From Xanthomonas phage XacN1, in the sequence record AP018399.1: a DNA stretch of 24,000 nucleotides; one strand, 5' to 3'. The position numbers and the translations under genes are program-made. The notes under the pieces were generated by a model, which had not been told where the DNA came from, ran no database searches, and was given only the letters and a program-made list of their open reading frames with translations. Every line of letters begins with the position of its first letter. Within the stretch, counting starts at the first letter, position 1. Of the stretch, positions 22,796-24,000 are shown piece after piece.

Positions 22796-23005
22796 ATGAA
22801 GAAAATCAAGGGGTTGTTCGGGAAGTATCCCGTCGCTGCTAACTCTTCATCGTATTTCGCCGCAACATTCGTTGGAACCGGTGCAGTAGCTACCGTATTC
22901 AATCGACCGATAGAAGAAGCAATCTTCATATCAGTCATCATGGCCGTAACGGGCGGTGTAATTGGATGGGTAAAAACTGTTGACAAAGACGGTGAAAGCG
23001 AATAA
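22796..23005 (+). CDS. small membrane protein
   Basis: 69-aa ORF with hydrophobic segments. Confidence 0.65.
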   Translation: MKKIKGLFGKYPVAANSSSYFAATFVGTGAVATVFNRPIEEAIFISVIMAVTGGVIGWVKTVDKDGESE

Positions 23006-23017
23006 GATACAAACTTC

Positions 23018-23106
23018 GGGTCGGTCGCATAGTGGCCGAGTGCAACGGGCTGTTAACCCGTCGAGTTAATACTCCATCGCTGGTTCGAATCCAGCCCGGT
23101 CCGCCA
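23018..23106 (+). tRNA. class-II-like tRNA-Asn(GUU)
   Basis: GGGTCGG/CCGGTCC, G73, GCA/TGC D-stem, ACGGG-CTGTTAA-CCCGT, variable arm CGAGTTAATACTCCATC, GCCA. Confidence 0.88.
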
Positions 23107-23142
23107 AATTCACAAACGTTACAACCATACTAAATAGTTTTT

Positions 23143-23268
23143 ATGAACGCTATCCATATTGACAACCGAGCCGACCGATTTATCAGCATTATTGCTGATG
23201 ATAGCGTCAGCGCGCGTGTGGATAGTTTTAGTGTTGTAGCAGTAGATTCAAGTAACAAGCAAGAGTAA
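23143..23268 (+). CDS. hypothetical protein, 41 aa
   Basis: MNAIHIDNRADRFISIIADDSVSARVDSFSVVAVDSSNKQE*, immediately after CTAAATAG motif. Confidence 0.45.
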   Translation: MNAIHIDNRADRFISIIADDSVSARVDSFSVVAVDSSNKQE

Positions 23269-23300
23269 GGCCAAGGAATCATTCTCGGTCTTACAGACAC

Positions 23301-23379
23301 GGGAATGTAGCTCAGTTTTTGGTAGAGCAGTAGCCTGAAAAGCTTCGTGTCGTAGGTTCGATTCCTATCATTCCCACCA
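23301..23379 (+). tRNA. tRNA-Phe(GAA)
   Basis: GGGAATG/CATTCCC, CTGAAAA loop, ACCA. Confidence 0.88.
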
Positions 23380-23412
23380 AATTTCGATGTGCGCAGCAAT
23401 GCGTTCGTCAAC

Positions 23413-23487
23413 GGTGAGTTCGTTTAACGGTTAGGATTCCGGCCTGTCACGCCGGGGACACGGGTTCGATTCCCGTACTCACCGCCA
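23413..23487 (+). tRNA. tRNA-Asp(GUC)
   Basis: GGTGAGT/ACTCACC, G73, CCGGC-CTGTCAC-GCCGG. Confidence 0.92.
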
Positions 23488-23493
23488 ATCTTT

Positions 23494-23577
23494 GGGGTCA
23501 TGGTGTAAAAAAGCATTGCGCCCTGTCTGGGCGTAGATGATGGAGAGGTAGCGCTGCCTGCCCATCTGGCCCCGCCA
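23494..23577 (+). ncRNA. tRNA-like RNA (84 nt) with possible GUC loop and no T-loop
   Basis: GGGGTCA/TGGCCCC + GCCA; GCGCC-CTGTCTG-GGCGT; GATGG..GGTA-GCGC-TGCC..CCATC hairpin replacing the T-arm. Confidence 0.5.
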
Positions 23578-23647
23578 ATTTGAAGTAGGTGACAGCGGAA
23601 GGTTTTACTTGCCAAGGATGGCAATAGGTGTTAAGATTTACAAATGA

Positions 23648-23723
23648 TGGACCGTAGCTCAGTTGGTAGAGCAAACGACCGATAATCGTTTGGTCGCTGG
23701 TTCAAATCCAGCCGGTCCAACCA
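23648..23723 (+). tRNA. tRNA-Ile(GAU) with C33
   Basis: TGGACCG/CGGTCCA, AACGA-CCGATAA-TCGTT, GCTGG-TTCAAAT-CCAGC, ACCA. Confidence 0.85.
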
Positions 23724-23743
23724 AACAACCAGAAAGGACTTAA

Positions 23744-24000
23744 ATGAAAAAGATTCTTGCAGTTGCAGTGATGTTCATGGTAGCATTCAGCGCCGCAGCC
23801 GGTGACTTCGATACGAAGACCATCCAGCGCGATGACGGAAGCGTCCAGCATGTGATTCCAGTCACCGAGCAGACGTGCGACTTGCAGAACAAGTCCAATC
23901 TGGGCAATGCAGCCATCGGTGCTGGTGTCGGTTACGCAACCGGACGTGTCATCAGTGGTCGCAGTCGCAACAGTGGCATGTGGGGTCTGGCAGGTGCAGC
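23744..24000 (+). CDS. glycine-zipper secreted protein (runs off window)
   Basis: MKKILAVAVMFMVAFSAAAG signal peptide, NAAIGAGVGYATGRVISG. Confidence 0.7.
   Translation, partial: MKKILAVAVMFMVAFSAAAGDFDTKTIQRDDGSVQHVIPVTEQTCDLQNKSNLGNAAIGAGVGYATGRVISGRSRNSGMWGLAGA

Noticed and set aside
1-24000. CRISPR array, transposase/IS element, restriction-modification or toxin-antitoxin operon
   Set aside because: No regularly spaced identical repeats, transposase motifs or methylase/nuclease motifs found in the ORFs supplied.

Overview
The window looks like accessory sequence of a tailed-phage-type genome. It is almost entirely plus-strand: many short hypothetical CDSs (often lipoprotein or small membrane proteins) interleaved with an unusually dense tRNA and ncRNA complement. 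Recognisable proteins are a GP88-like protein, an SprT-like metallopeptidase, an HD/MESH1-like hydrolase, an SPFH/Band-7 lipoprotein, a dCMP-deaminase-like protein and two glycine-zipper proteins. The most interesting signals are RNA. (1) There is a circularly permuted, two-piece tmRNA gene. Its acceptor piece (...TTCGGACGCGGGTTCGATTCCCGCCACGTCCACCA) lies upstream of a coding piece that starts GGGCGTGCCAAGGTTTCGACGGG and carries the tag ANANTFDYALAA*. The two halves close a 7-bp acceptor stem with a G3.U70 pair. (2) A set of tRNAs with Lys(CUU), Gly(UCC), Thr(UGU), Cys(GCA) and Asn(GUU) anticodons have class-II-like bodies: a 3-bp D-stem plus a variable-arm hairpin, with compensatory changes between members. 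(3) Two putative CUA (amber-reading) tRNAs share an identical 58-nt body but have entirely different acceptor stems. (4) Several tRNA-like RNAs have closed acceptor stems but missing or oversized anticodon/variable regions. (5) An approximately 3.2-kb ORF-poor ncRNA transcription unit runs from about 13607 to 16853, with a sigma70 promoter, an rrn-like boxA, repeated hairpins, the tmRNA and a terminator. (6) A recurrent CTAAATAG-N-TTTACA motif lies immediately upstream of tRNAs and genes. All assignments come from reading the sequence by eye; no folding or database search was run.
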